Below are positions 40,189-52,959 of a stretch of DNA of 64,000 nt, piece after piece; position 1 is the first letter of the stretch; each line of letters starts with the position of its first letter. Location of the stretch: NCBI GenBank assembly GCA_964016885.1, contig OZ024742.1, positions 240,932,001 to 240,996,000 of the forward strand. The letters run 5' to 3'. A model generated the notes under the pieces. That model was not told where the DNA came from and did no database searches. It saw only the letters and a program-made list of their open reading frames with translations. Both the position numbers and the translations under genes were made by a program. This stretch comes from Eledone cirrhosa (taxonomy: Eukaryota).

Positions 40189-41408
40189 TGTAAAACACCT
40201 GATGTTCTTACATTGAGCTATTTCTCTTACTGGTAATAAGGTAGTAGGAAATTACTGACCTTTCCTGTTTATAGTTGTTTATAGTATATAAATAACTATA
40301 AATAGTATTATTATTATTATATATATATATAGGGGGGGGAGGGAGAAAGAGAGGGGGGGTGGGGTTACTAAAAGCCAGTTTACATTACTGGTTGTGAGAC
40401 ATTCAAGTTAATCTATGTTGTTAACGTAGATTTAAATCGTACGAAACCATTCTGCTGGTTTGAGAGCTGAGGAGGGTGTCTTGTACATTGCCTTTCTTTA
40501 TTTCCTTCTTCCAGTCACTTCTATGCACCACCGCACTTCTCCTGGTCCTCCTCTTCTTTCAGTCTTTTCTATATTTCATCTACCTGTCACCCACCTTGTG
40601 GATTGTCTCTCTGTTGACCACTGGCCGCTGGTCTCTGTCCTCTGAGGAATTTTGCCCATTGCTGGTTTTGACAGCATTTAACTTTTTTAATGGATGTTCT
40701 ATCGATGAGTTTTCACATTTCTATATATACATATTCGTATATATGGAGAACAGCCAATCTTTTATAGACGTGTTGTTTCAATTTCTACATTTGAATCTTC
40801 TCACCTTTTTTTATAAGTCCTCTACAGTTCGTTTGCAACAATAGTTCATAAGTTTCCAGACTTTCACAGTCAGTGGCGGACTGGCCAGGTTGCCAGGTTG
40901 CCCAATGGCAAGTGGGCCGCAGGGGGACCATGGTAGCATTGCAGAGGCCCACAGTAGCATTGCAGGGCCAACTGTAGTATTTTAGGGGCCAATGCTTTGC
41001 TTTAAAAAAATACCTGCAGTCTAAGAGAAAGAATAAATTAAAAAAAGACATAAATAAAACAATTAAGCAAAGCATTTGACCAAACAATTCCTCAGGGAAT
41101 GAATAGAAACAAAAATATATGATAGAGCAAATAGCCGGAATCAGTGGTTGTAGATTGTACAAAATCTAAAGCTTAGTGTATTCATTCATGCATGCAAACA
41201 TACATACACACACACACACTAACACACACACATATATATATATATACTTACACATACACATGAACTACTGACCAAATAATGTTTGGTATCAACGGGTTAA
41301 AGACATCTGTCAAGTCAATTAGTGGGGAAGGTGGTGTATATATATACATACACACATACATATATATATGTGTATATATATACACATACACACATACGCA
41401 CACATATA

Positions 41409-41457
<49 letters not shown>

Positions 41458-41582
41458 GCCAATTAGATCTCTAGGGATTTTTGTACAAATTGAAATCATG
41501 TTATGTATACATATATATAAATCTATATATACACATGTACATGCACACATATACACGCATTCCCATATATATATATATATAT

Positions 41583-41678
41583 ATAGGAACGAGTAGGACC
41601 CCGACGGCTGAGCTCAAGCCGCAGAATTAGCCGTTGAAACGGCTTGAGCTCAGCCGTCGGGGTCCTACTCGTTCCTAA
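41583..41678. repeat. GC-rich hairpin from a duplicated hammerhead 3' half
   Basis: taggaacgagtaggaccccgacggctgagctcaagccg / cggcttgagctcagccgtcggggtcctactcgttccta; contains GAAACGGCT tgagctc AGCCGTC. Confidence 0.75.
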
Positions 41679-41758
41679 TACCCACTCTACTACCCTAAGT
41701 ATTGAGTGAGTACTTTGGTGCGTTATGGTCCACCTGGTTCCTTACCACATTTCCTTCG

Positions 41759-41849
<91 letters not shown>

Positions 41850-41916
41850 TATTTAAATATATATATATATATACATTGAGTGAGTGTGAAAGACCAGAGG
41901 TCATTATTATGAAAAC

Positions 41917-42098
41917 TGGATTGGCAGTATTGCTAGAGGGTCGGACGCCATGCTTTGCAGCAAAGAGTTACGTCCCTTTATGGTCTGAGTTCAAATCCCG
42001 TTAACTTTGCCTTTCATCCTTACGGGGTCGATAAAATAAAGCACCAGTAATACACTGATATAATTGCTGGCCTTGTGCCAAATGTAGAAACAATTATT
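41917..42098 (+). mobile_element. SINE
   Basis: SINE consensus. Confidence 0.85.
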
Positions 42099-42299
42099 GG
42101 AAATCTTTGGATTTCGCAAAATACATATTTTATTGGAGAAGATATTTTCCCGCAAAAATTTGATTGCACTGTTCTGTTTCCACTTATGTATTTTCTGAAA
42201 ATGTTATTTATTCATTATAAAAATTAAATGATAGCATTCTATATAGGTGGCCCCCCTTCTTCTCCTGGCAACCAATATTTTTATACACAGTCCGCCACT

Positions 42300-42372
<73 letters not shown>

Positions 42373-42506
42373 CTGTTATACTTTGGGAGGGTCATGTTAC
42401 CAATAAGAAACGCACGCACCAAATGTTTTCACTTCAATTTATTATAATTTATTATAAATTTCCGGTTGGCTGGCTGGTTCCACAACCGGATGGTTGTTCA
42501 TATATT

Positions 42507-42549
42507 GTCAAAGTTCTTTCGTCACACATTCTGTGACCTCTTCAGTGAC
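42507..42549 (-). ncRNA. Minimal hammerhead 3' of the Naiad-like PLE
   Basis: gtca CTGAAGA g gtcac agaatgt gtgac GAAAG AA CTT tgac. Confidence 0.7.
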
Positions 42550-42745
42550 TGGGGATTCTTTTCTTTGTTTTGTGTCTCTCCTTTGTTCTGTCCTACGCCA
42601 TCTTGTTTTTGTGTGCTTTGTGTGCTTAGTTTGCGCATGTGTTACATCCGGGTGTCTGTGTGTGTTTTAATTTGTTTATTTATTTGTTTATTTACATGTT
42701 ACTAGTTGGTTGTTTGTTCTATGTGTGTGTGTTTTCATTTTGTCC

Positions 42746-44352
42746 TTAATTGTAAGTTGTGATGCTGCTATTCCATTCATATTTTCTATTTAATTTTGCT
42801 TGTAATTCTTTTATATTTATTGCCTCTGTGATTTGTCTAAACATTGCGTCTTTTCTGTGTGTAGATTCTATTTTTATCTCTATGTTCTCTAATTTGCCCT
42901 TATGTTCTATTTTAGCATGTTGTTGGAGTATTGATGAGTCTTTTCCATCTTGGAGTTCTCGCCCGTGTTCATTTAATCGTTCTCCTATGCTACGAGCTGT
43001 CTCACCTATGTACATTATATTCTTATTTTTACATTGTCCCTCAGTACATCTTATGCTATATACTATGTTTCTAGTTTTACAGTTAATATGGGGGCTTAGC
43101 TTACAGATTATGCATTTCCTATCTATACAGAGAGGTCTTTGAAAAGGGTATGTATTACTAATTAGTGTTTTTATGGAGGTACCTGGTCTTTCCACTATCT
43201 TAATATTTAGTTTAACTTTATCTAGGGCCCTTCTAAATTTGTAAACTAGTTCACCTCTAGGGTTGGTTTTGATGAACATTACACTCTGGTATGTATTGCT
43301 ATCATACCATGAGTTTATTCTATTAACCTTATTCCTAGTTCTTTCTATTCTATTCCAAAATTTGCACCTATACAAGGGGCAGGTCCCATTTGTATCATTA
43401 TTTACCATTTTTTCCCATTTGGTTCTGGCTCCTCTATATACTCTGATTTTATCTCTCTGATTGTAACCAGAGAACTGCATACGGTGGATGAAGTGTTGTA
43501 GGTGTCTCTCTAATACTTTGGAGTTGCACATGCGGGACACGTTCCTCATCACCTTTACTAAATCCACAATCAGTATGTTGATTTTGGTGTGGTCCGAAAC
43601 AGCTGAGTTTCGGTGGATCAGATATTTGGAAGTCATGGCGTTGGCATAATGGGAATGGAGGATTTGTTTTTTGTTATTAATGGTTTCTAACCAGAGCTCT
43701 GTGTCTAGTACAGGTAATCGATGGTTGGGTGTTTGCTTGGGTAGTCTATAGTAACTTTGATACTCTGGTGGATGGAGTTAGCTATTTGCTGGATGCTTTC
43801 CATGGTGTTTTTCTCTAATTCCTGACTGTTCTCTAGTGGGGGTGTTTTTACTACGATGTTTATATCATCAACGTAGCGGGAGTACATAATCAGGGTTAAG
43901 AGATTGTTGTCTTCTAATTGTTTCTTAAGTTTATTGTCCCACCATACCATAAATAGGTTAGCTATCTCGCCTGCAATGCTAACGCCAATGGCCGCTCCCT
44001 CCTCTTAGGCATATGTTTTACCATTAAATTTGAACATATGTTCCTTAAGGGTTAGTTTTATACTGGCCTCCACCGCATGTGCGGTCATTTTCTTTAGTTC
44101 ATCATGGTTTTCGGGGGTCCGTATGGCTCTGGTCCACCCGTTCCATCTCTCTGTGTGGGTTTTCTTGGCCATTGAAGTAATGGTAGGTGGTCTGCCTCTT
44201 GCTGGCCTTGTGGGGCAGAGGTTGCTAAGGTCATATGTATCTAGGTATTCATTATTGTATGTAAGTTTAAGTAGGAGTCCCAGCTCACTGGTATCAATCC
44301 CACGGAATTCAACATTGCTCTCACTGATCATTTCCACGCATTTCTCCACAGC
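42746..44352 (-). pseudogene. Third PLE lineage (Naiad-like) RT-GIY-YIG, 5'-truncated, one stop and a frameshift
   Basis: EGAAIGVSIAGEIANLFMVWWD, YSRYVDD, LPVLD, C-x4-C-x2-C, VYSIRC..C..MYIGETARSIGERLNEH. Clade call is from recalled motif style. Confidence 0.85.
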
Positions 44353-44730
44353 AAAATCTACGAGATCGAATTTCGGCAGTGGTCGAAAACAAAGCGAAAC
44401 GCAAATTCCGAGATATGCGGCAAGCGCTCCATGAACTAAAAAAAGACCAGAGTAATAAACATAGGTTATAGAGGCCAAACAAACTGAGAATGGCGGTCAA
44501 GAAGCCATCAGCCACCTAAGCCAAAAAAAACAAAGCAAGCTAAACAGGTCAAACAAAGGAATATATATATATAATTGTTTCTACTTTTGGCACAAGGCCA
44601 GCAAATAACCCAGTGCATTACTGATACTTTATTTTATCGAATGCCAATCTTTGTAAGCTTGAATCTGACATGCAAAAACATATATATATATATGAATAAG
44701 GTAAGCCCAAGCCATAGTAGATTGAAATAT

Positions 44731-44822
<92 letters not shown>

Positions 44823-45050
44823 GGTGAGAAATGAGGTGCAACAGAAATAAAATATTGATTACAGGTAAAAATATAATCTAGATAGATGAGAAACAAATCG
44901 AGGATGTAGCTTATGGAACACCCAAATCATTTAGAAGTCAGCCTTAAGTAGGAGCAATAATATTAAGAAAGATATGAACGACCCCACATCATTTTGTATT
45001 GAAAATTTTGAAAGTAGGTTTATAAATGTGAATTTTCCGTAGATTTGCGT

Positions 45051-45125
45051 AGCTGGCTCAGTGGACTAGCCGTAGATACTAGAGTCGGTGGCGATCCTGG
45101 TTTTAGGTTCAATCCTGGTCGAGAG
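45051..45125 (+). other. tRNA-like head (pseudogene or second SINE family)
   Basis: A box TGGCTCAGTGG and B box GGTTCAATCC with plausible spacing; no clean cloverleaf. Confidence 0.45.
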
Positions 45126-45519
45126 GCACATGTAATCTTTTTAAACATAATTGGTGTATAATGCCACGAACAAAATAAAACAAAACAAAACAAAACAAAA
45201 CGAATACGAACCAACATTTCGAGCATAAAAAACATTGTCAAAATAAAGAAGAAGAATAAAGGAAAGAGCTAGTGAATTTCCTTTATATACGTGTAATTGA
45301 AGAGTGTGTTTGGCAAGAGTGTGTTTGGCATAGCAAAATGTGGGAGGGAAGGAAATATGGTTAAAGGCAGGGAAGGAGGACAGGGGGTTAGAAGAATGAT
45401 GGATATCTTAGGTTCAAGTTCTCTAAAAAGCGCATATTCTTAGAAAAGTTCTTTCTGTCAAAGGGCGTTTGGTAAAGTTTGACAGGTAGTTTGAAGAAAA
45501 AATATAATAATTATGATGA

Positions 45520-47187
45520 TGATGATGATGATCGAATAAAAACAATTAACAATGAAAATTATTACAATAAAAGTCCTCAATTGGCGAAGAACCTCCCATG
45601 GGCGACTCAGGTACCCCACCATTCCTGAACCACCCAACGCTTCGAGGGCACACAGAATAGGCACCCCTATCCTCATCAAATCAACCAGCCTACAGACGCA
45701 TGCTCAGAGTAGGTCCATTCAGATAGGCCATTCTCGCCACATTCACCCACCTTTTAGCAAATCTACTGCGTGCAAAACGGTTTCGTTGCTCTGCGCGCAT
45801 CTTGAACAGGTCCGTTTGACAGCACTTCCGTGCCTGTAGAGTTTATCGCGAACCGGCAGTGCCCCTCTCCCAGTAGATATGACAAGCGAGAGATTTCTGG
45901 AAGTTGTCCATAGCACCCGGCTCGAAAGTTCTCCGGAACAGACTGGTCACTTCAATTTCGTCGACGCCCAGATACTCGCTGAGTGCGTCGTCGCACTTGT
46001 CCACCAATAATTCTCAATATAATTCAAGAGTGGAAGTTCCACTGACCGCATTGCCTGTTCACCGTTTAGGCAGAATATCTGGAGATGCTGCAGCCTCAGT
46101 GCAGGTTTGCGCATAATTAGCCAAGTAGAGGATGCTGGCAGCAGATGGACCGCCTCACTAACGGAACCTCTCAACTCCACAAGAAGTTGAAGAGGCGCCG
46201 TTTCAGTTTGGCGAGGCGCGTACGGACGGTCAGGCGGTAGTAGATGACGGATGCGATGTATGCGTTCGCTACCTCCACCCGACTCTTCAGGGACAGATTC
46301 CTCTCGCCCATTTCTGGGTGGGAGTGGCTACCTAGTTCGTAACTTCGTTCAAAATCTTATCCATCTAGAGATCTGATCAGAACCAAATCTGGAGCAACTT
46401 TATTGGTCCGTCCGTCCAGCGCCCGGTGACGTTGTTGGCGGGTATGGATTTGCCTCTTCAGGTGCCGAGCTGCAAGCCCATCGACTGTTCCGTGTTTAGT
46501 TTTGTTCCCGCCAATCTTTATATTCCCCTAAGAAGTTGGAAACCATCTCGATGTCCTAGGTTCTAGCCATCATCACGGTGATGTCTACATATGCCGACGA
46601 AGCCTTTCCACGTCCCAGTTCGAGCGGAATGCCCTGTCACAGCTCCAGCTTCCGCAGTAAAAGCTCGAGAGTCAATACAGAAGGAAGGAGAAAGGGCGCC
46701 CTTGACGGGCTGATTGGGAGATCTGAAACGATTCCGATATCTAATGTATCCCTCTTGTTCTCGTCTTTCCTTATCAACGTGACTACACCCCGGCTCAGAG
46801 AACTGGGAATACTTCCGTTCTGCTGCCAGTTTCAGTAGAGCGCTTCGAAGAGATCGGAGAACAAGTCTGTCATATCTACGTAAAGCTCATAGGGCAGACC
46901 ATCCAAACCGGGTGACTTGTGGCTCGTGCAGTCGACCAGGGCACCACGAATCTCGGCTGAAGTCATCAGCCTTTCGCAGCGAACCAGTATTGGTTGGCGA
47001 GAGACGCAATAGGCAATCGAGGTAGAGACTGAAACCTGCTACCGTCTCCGGCGCCCCGTTCTTCCAGCACAGCTGAGCAAAGTGCTGGCGAAAGACATCT
47101 GGCATCTGCCTGGCATCATTCAGATCGCGCTCGTTTCGGTCCGTCAAAGACCAAATTGTAGTTTTGTTACAACTCTGCGCCTCAGCG
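45520..47187 (-). pseudogene. Degraded Tx1/L1-clade LINE ORF2 and 3'UTR remnant
   Basis: Reverse complement parallels 53520-55950 (FRQHFAQL, SPGLDGLPYELY, SAYVDIT, GRWTDGP, NAYIASVIYYRLT). Confidence 0.8.
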
Positions 47188-47194
47188 TGTATTG

Positions 47195-47341
47195 TAGGAG
47201 GAAACCTGGAAATGGGCGCTTGCCCTAGCGGTCAGGGTGACCGTGGCTTTTTGTGAGCTTTCACCACGGGTGACCCTCGGAGGTCTCCCCTCTATTGGTG
47301 AATTTTTCCGTGTTCCTTTTTTCTGTTACATCCTTTGTTTT

Positions 47342-47372
<31 letters not shown>

Positions 47373-47484
47373 CGTTGTTTTTTTTACACGCAGATAGGCC
47401 CCTTGTACCTTCCTGTATTGTTCTGTGCTGTACTTAATGTTATACTTTATGTCAACGCTTGTGGCTAATAAAGAAAGCATTATT
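47195..47484 (+). mobile_element. Tx1-family 3'UTR fragment
   Basis: Matches 55825-56078 and 50640-50947; ends ttgtggctaataaagaaagcattatt. Confidence 0.8.
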
Positions 47485-47890
47485 GGATTGGCAGTATCGG
47501 TAGAGGGTCGGACGCCAAGCATATAGTTACGGCCCTTGCCATTCTGAGTTCAAATCCCGCCGAGGTTAACTTTGCCTTTCACCCTTACGGGGTCGATAAA
47601 ATAAAGTACCAGTAATACTCTGGAATAATTGTTGGCCTTGTGCCAAAAGTAGAAATGATTATTATTACTATTATTATTATTATAAAGAAATCATTATTAT
47701 TATTATTATTATTGTATCGGTAGAGGGTCGGATGCCATGCTTTGAAGCATAGAGTTACCTCCCTGTATGATCTGAGTTCAAATCCCGCCGAGGTTAACTT
47801 TGCCTTTCATCCTTCCGGGGTCGATAAAATAAAGTACCAGTAATGCAGTGGTGAATTGCTGGCCTTGTACCAAAAGTAGAAAACAATTAT
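47484..47890 (+). mobile_element. Two SINE copies within (ATT)n tails
   Basis: SINE consensus at 47484-47665 and 47714-47890. Confidence 0.85.
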
Positions 47891-47899
47891 TATTATTAT

Positions 47900-50255
47900 T
47901 GTCATTTTTATTTTCTTTCATTATTGTTTCTGAGATATATGCCGAGTGTCATCCTGACACCTAGGGCAAATATATTCACAGTGTGCATTGGTAAGCCAGT
48001 TAATACAGCACATTGATTATAATTAAAAAAACAAAAAAAAAACAGTATGCATTTATACACATGTGTATATGCATATGTAAATACAAGGAGGGATATCAAT
48101 CTTACAGTGCTCTTCTCAATACGTGTGCAGTACCAGTCAAAACAATTTTATGCACGTCGTGCAGAGAGGGTAAACCAGGAATCATTTGCAAATATTGTTC
48201 TGTTCCTTTCTTGATTATTCCCAGTCCTCCCACAATCACTGGTATTGTAACGGCCTTGAGGTGCCACATTTTCTCAATTTCAATAAGCAGATCTTTATAT
48301 TTTCGTAGCTTGTCAAATTCTTTTGCCGCGATATTGTGATCACATGGGATACTCATATCTATCAATAAACAGACCTTGTTATGTTGATATTTTACAATGA
48401 TGTCAGGTCTATTTGCTTTTATGGTCCTGTCAGTATGTACAGGAAAGTCTCAAAGAATCGTTACTTTTTCTCCTTCAGTTACAGCTTCAGGGTGATGATT
48501 GTACCACTTGTCTTCAGCTTTGATTTTATAATGCCGACATATTACCCAGTGTAGATATTGGTCAACTCTGTCATGTCTATATTTGTATTCTACTGGTGCT
48601 AAAACTTTACACCCAGAGACTAAGTGATCCACTGTTTCAACCTCAGCATTGCAGAATCGGCACTTTGGGTTTATTCCGTTTCTCATCACATTGGCCTGGT
48701 AATTACGAGTCAATAAGCTTTGATCTTGGGCAGCTAAGATGAAGCCTTCACTCTCCGCCTTTAGCCACTGATAGGTGTGCTTTTGGTCAACCTCAGCTTG
48801 TTTTCTACGGGCCACATATTTGCCATGCAGAGGTTTCTGCTCCCAATTTGATGCCCTTTTACTTTTGCCAGTGATTTTATGTGCCTAGCAGCATCAGTTG
48901 CAACAGTTTCATTAGTCTGTCCAGCTTGGATATCAAGAATGAGATCAGTAGCATATTTTTTGCTCTCCTTCAAGATAGAATGAAGCGTCTTACTTCTCTC
49001 ATGCTTTTCAACAAGTTTCAGCATACAGTCATTAGTTCTTTCAAGGTATTTGGCCAGTCCAATGATGGTGGTTTTGTAAGCAAGTTCAAATTGGATCAGG
49101 CCACGGCCTCCTTGAGTTCTAGGAAAGTAAAGACGGTCCACATCTGCTTTTGGGTGGTGCATCCTATTACAGGTCAGTAGCTTACGGACTTTGGTGTCGA
49201 TTCTTTTGATTTCACTCATATTCCAGTTCAACACACCGAAGCTATAAGTGCCAACTGGGACTGCCAAGGAATTTATGGCTAACATCTTGTTATGAGCGTT
49301 TAGTTCTGATCTCAGAACTGCACGTACTCTCCTGTACCATTCTTTCCTTATCCTCTCTTTCATACTTGCATGCTGTATGCCAGAGCCCTCATTAATCCCT
49401 AAGTATTTATAGGTTTGTTCCTGCTAAAGTTCCTTTATGATTGTTTCAGCATCCAATTCAACTGAGTCTGAGTTGACAAACTTCCCCTTCTTGAAAGTGG
49501 CTTTTGCACACTTTTCAAGTCCAAACTCCATCCTGATGTCATCGCTAAACTTTTTTACTGTCCGCAAAAGGCCTTCCAGTTCGTCATTATCTTTGCAATA
49601 TAGCTTCAAATCAACTATATAAAATAGGTGGCTTATTATTTTGTTGTCAATTCTATAACCTGTTCTATTAAGTTCGGATGTAAGGGGTATTAAATATATG
49701 CAGAAAAGCAAGGGTGAAAGTGAGTCCCCCCTGGAATATACCACAGTTGATGTTTATATTCCTAGAGCACAGTACCCCAGTGGAATGAGACAATTGGAGA
49801 TTTGTGTTCCATAATGACATATTGTGTTTCAGGAAGTTTGAAATCACAGGTGAGATTTTGAAGATGTCCAGTGATTTCAGAATCCATGAGTGTGGTATGC
49901 TGTCAAAGGCTTTTTTATAATCGATCCATACAGAACTGAGATTTCTGTGTTTATTATGACAGTTCTCAAGGATCATACGATTAATCAAAAGTTGATCTTT
50001 GCAGCCATATGAACCTCGTCGGCACCCTTTTTGTTCAATTGGGAAAAGATTGTTCTCCTCCAAAAACACATGATTTTTCCATGAAAATAAAGGTTAATAG
50101 TTTATAAGTGGTGGACAAGCAGGTTATGGGCCGATAGTGTTTTGGATCTTTGGTTTCGTTGTTCTTTGGTAGAAGGTAGGTAATGCCACTTGTTATCCAA
50201 TCAGGTGTATTTTTTGGATCTTTCATAATTCTATTAAACAGCTTGACCATCATTA
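47900..50255 (-). pseudogene. R4/Dong-like RLE non-LTR retrotransposon, 5'-truncated, frameshifted
   Basis: YRPITCL, EQKGCR, WIDYKKAFDSIPHSW, GIFQG/DSLSPL, HLFYIVDLKLY, CRFC..ETVDHLVSGC, RHD, RPDI..IDMSIP. 3' end runs into (TAA)n. Confidence 0.88.
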
Positions 50256-50298
50256 AACAGCTTGACCACCATTAAACAGCTTGATCATTATTATTATT

Positions 50299-50939
50299 GT
50301 CGAACAGTTGCTGACGCGTGTAGGACTGATCCGGTTATCAACTGAGTTCATTGTGCATATGGTCTCGCCGTCTTCCTTCGAGGAGGAAGAGCAGGCGGTT
50401 TTCATCTGCCAGGTGGCCATGGCGAAAGAGATTGTGTGGTGGACAAGGTTGAAAGGGTTAAAGACAGACACTTTCCTCTTCGCCGAATCCCTAATTAACT
50501 TTTTCAAGTTTCATTTGAAGAGGAAAATCAGGGTGGAGAGGCAAGTGCTGCCTTCTAGCAAGTTTGTTGAAAGGTGGGTGAATGTAGTCAGAATGGTCCG
50601 AGTGAACGGGACCGCTCTGAATATACGCTTGTAGTTGGAGGAATGGAAAAATTGAGAGAGGGCGCCAGCCCTGGTGGTCAGGGTGACCGTGGTATTTTGT
50701 GTGGTTTTCGCCACAAGTAACACTCGGAGGTTCCCCCCCCTATTGGGGAATTTTTCATTGTTTCAATTTTCACTTTTATTGTTTATATATATATAAATAT
50801 TTCTATGTCTTTTTTTTTCTTTTCTTATATAAATAATAAAAATCTTTACACGCACAAAACCCACATCGTACCGTCCTGTACCGTCCTGTGCCGTCTGTAA
50901 TGTTTTTCTTGATATCAGCCCTTGTGGCCAATAAAGAAA

Positions 50940-50989
<50 letters not shown>
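50299..50989 (+). mobile_element. Tx1-family 3' fragment with (ATT)n tail
   Basis: EEQAVFICQVAMAKEIVWWTRLKGLK matches 55335-55817; (ATT)n on both sides. Confidence 0.88.
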
Positions 50990-51338
50990 GGCGAGCTACG
51001 TAGGAAATCGTATTATCGTGAGCTCCGCAAAGGTTTGTCGTTTTCAGTAGTTTCAACTTGCCAGTTATGGAAAATTTTTGTTGTTAAGTGTTTATAAGTT
51101 CACATATATTGCTTTCTGAAAAGGACACAAAAGATATTGGGGCCTTAAGCCCAAAACTTAAACTTTTTATTTATCAAACAAAATATTTCTTTGAAAAAAA
51201 AACATGGACGAAAAATTTACTGTTTTTAACAGACCAACACCCCTCCCCCACCAACACCATTGTAAGCCTTGCCACGGTTGCCAACACTGAAAATATAATT
51301 AATAGCAGTCTCAATTATTTAGATTTGCCGCATAAAGA

Positions 51339-52930
51339 CATGGATTTCCCGCCATTACCAATAACTGCAGGTGTTAAAACCGCCACCCCCACCACCACAA
51401 TGTCAAAAAGAACAACGAACACCACTGATACCACCAGCACCACCACCATCACACCACCACCACCATAGCGACAACAGAACCCCCCCCCCAAAAAAAGAAT
51501 TATTATCTCGTGACATCGAAATGGGTTCACCCAGAATCGACTCTTCCACGCCGAACACCACTAACATCACCACCACCTCCACCACAACTGAAACTAAAAA
51601 TAATAATAACAACAACATCAACAACAACAATGAGAATAACAACAACATCAACACCACCGCAAAACGAAATGAGTTTGCCAAAGCAGCCAAGAAAAGCGAA
51701 ACAATCGAGGTAAGCCAGGATGAATTAAATGAAGCCAAGCGAATGGTAAAAAACGATGGGTACAGGGTCAGCCTAACCCCCCCCCCCCCCCCACACCTAA
51801 TAAAATGGAGCATCCGCGTCTATGCAGCGTGTCATATCGGACGATAAACACAAAATTACGCCGAGTGGAACGGGAATCCGAATCCCAAATACAAAAAGCT
51901 TTGGGACATGTTTGGGCGAAAAAAACCCACATCAGACGTGGGCAGAAATATGGAACTGTGGACGTGTTCTTTGGAACACCACAGGAAGCCAGAGAGCACT
52001 CCAAGGCCCCATTAAGAAGTGACGACTTCACACTCGTCCCAAGCTATTGCGGTCAGAGACTCGTGAAGATCAGGGTGACCCACGTTCCACCGGCCATCGA
52101 AATTTCCTGGCTAATGGCTGCCGTCCCCGCCGGCATAGAGGCCAACACGGAAATAATGGCAGTAACAAAAGAAAAGCAGGAGAACTGGTCCGGATCTGGG
52201 ATGGAGCTCCTGATCCAAGCGGACCAAAAAAACATTGAGGAAATTTCAGAGGCGATAGACTTCACTGACGGCAGCCACCTCACCGTAATCGTCGAGGGTA
52301 GAAGGCCTAGGTGTGTCGTTTGTGGTGAAGGAACCCACCCAAAGGCTTTCTGCCCTCAGGCTAAAAAGTTGAGGCCACCTCTCTTACCCACCCCAGTGAC
52401 TCAACCATCAACACCACCACCAGCAAAAATGGCAGCAACAACTGTAGCAGCAAGAACAGAAGCAACTGTAGCAGCAACAACCCCAGCAACAGTAGCAAAA
52501 CAACACCACCACCACCCACCGCACCAGAACTAGCACTAGCGCCTACACCATCCACTACGCTACAACCAAAACCAACGCCTGTGGAGGATTTTCCACTCCC
52601 CGGCCTATCGCAACTGGAGACAGATTGTGACGACGAGGAGTGGGAAACTATATCAGGAAAAAAGAAAAAAAGAAAAAGAAGCCAAAAAAGAAAAAAAATC
52701 ATCTTCCTTCCCCCTCCAAAAACAATATACAGGGTGAAACAAATAATCTAACAAACAAAAAAGTTAGGACAGCTATGTCACCATCATCATCATCACCAAC
52801 CCCGTCACCACAAACACCAACCCCATCACCATCATTAACCCCAACACCACCATCACCAACACCACAAAAGTCACCAAAAAGCGAAACAGAAACAAACCCA
52901 CAACAAATGCAAACAAAACAACCAGAACGA
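51339..52930 (+). pseudogene. Tx1 ORF1 (zinc knuckle), disrupted
   Basis: VIVEGRRPRCVVCGEGTHPKAFCP (CCHC) and P/T/K-rich tails. Stop near 51466 and frameshifts at homopolymers. Confidence 0.75.
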
Positions 52931-52959
52931 TACACACTACACAGCATTAAATTTGAACA

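Larger units (their letters stand above)
40871..42300. mobile_element. Possible hAT-type MITE ends (13-bp TIR CAGTGGCGGACTG)
   Basis: 40871-40883 and 42288-42300 are perfect inverted repeats. No 8-bp TSD is visible, so these may be two separate elements. Confidence 0.4.

Noticed and set aside
43985-44010. In-frame stop in the Naiad-like ORF as a selenocysteine codon
   Set aside because: The codon is TAA at a position where Gln (CAA) is expected; there is also a nearby frameshift.
45520-47484. Twin-priming 5' inversion of a single Tx1 insertion
   Set aside because: The minus-strand part appears to have its own 3'UTR remnant (45520-45600) and looks more decayed, so two separate insertions are as likely.
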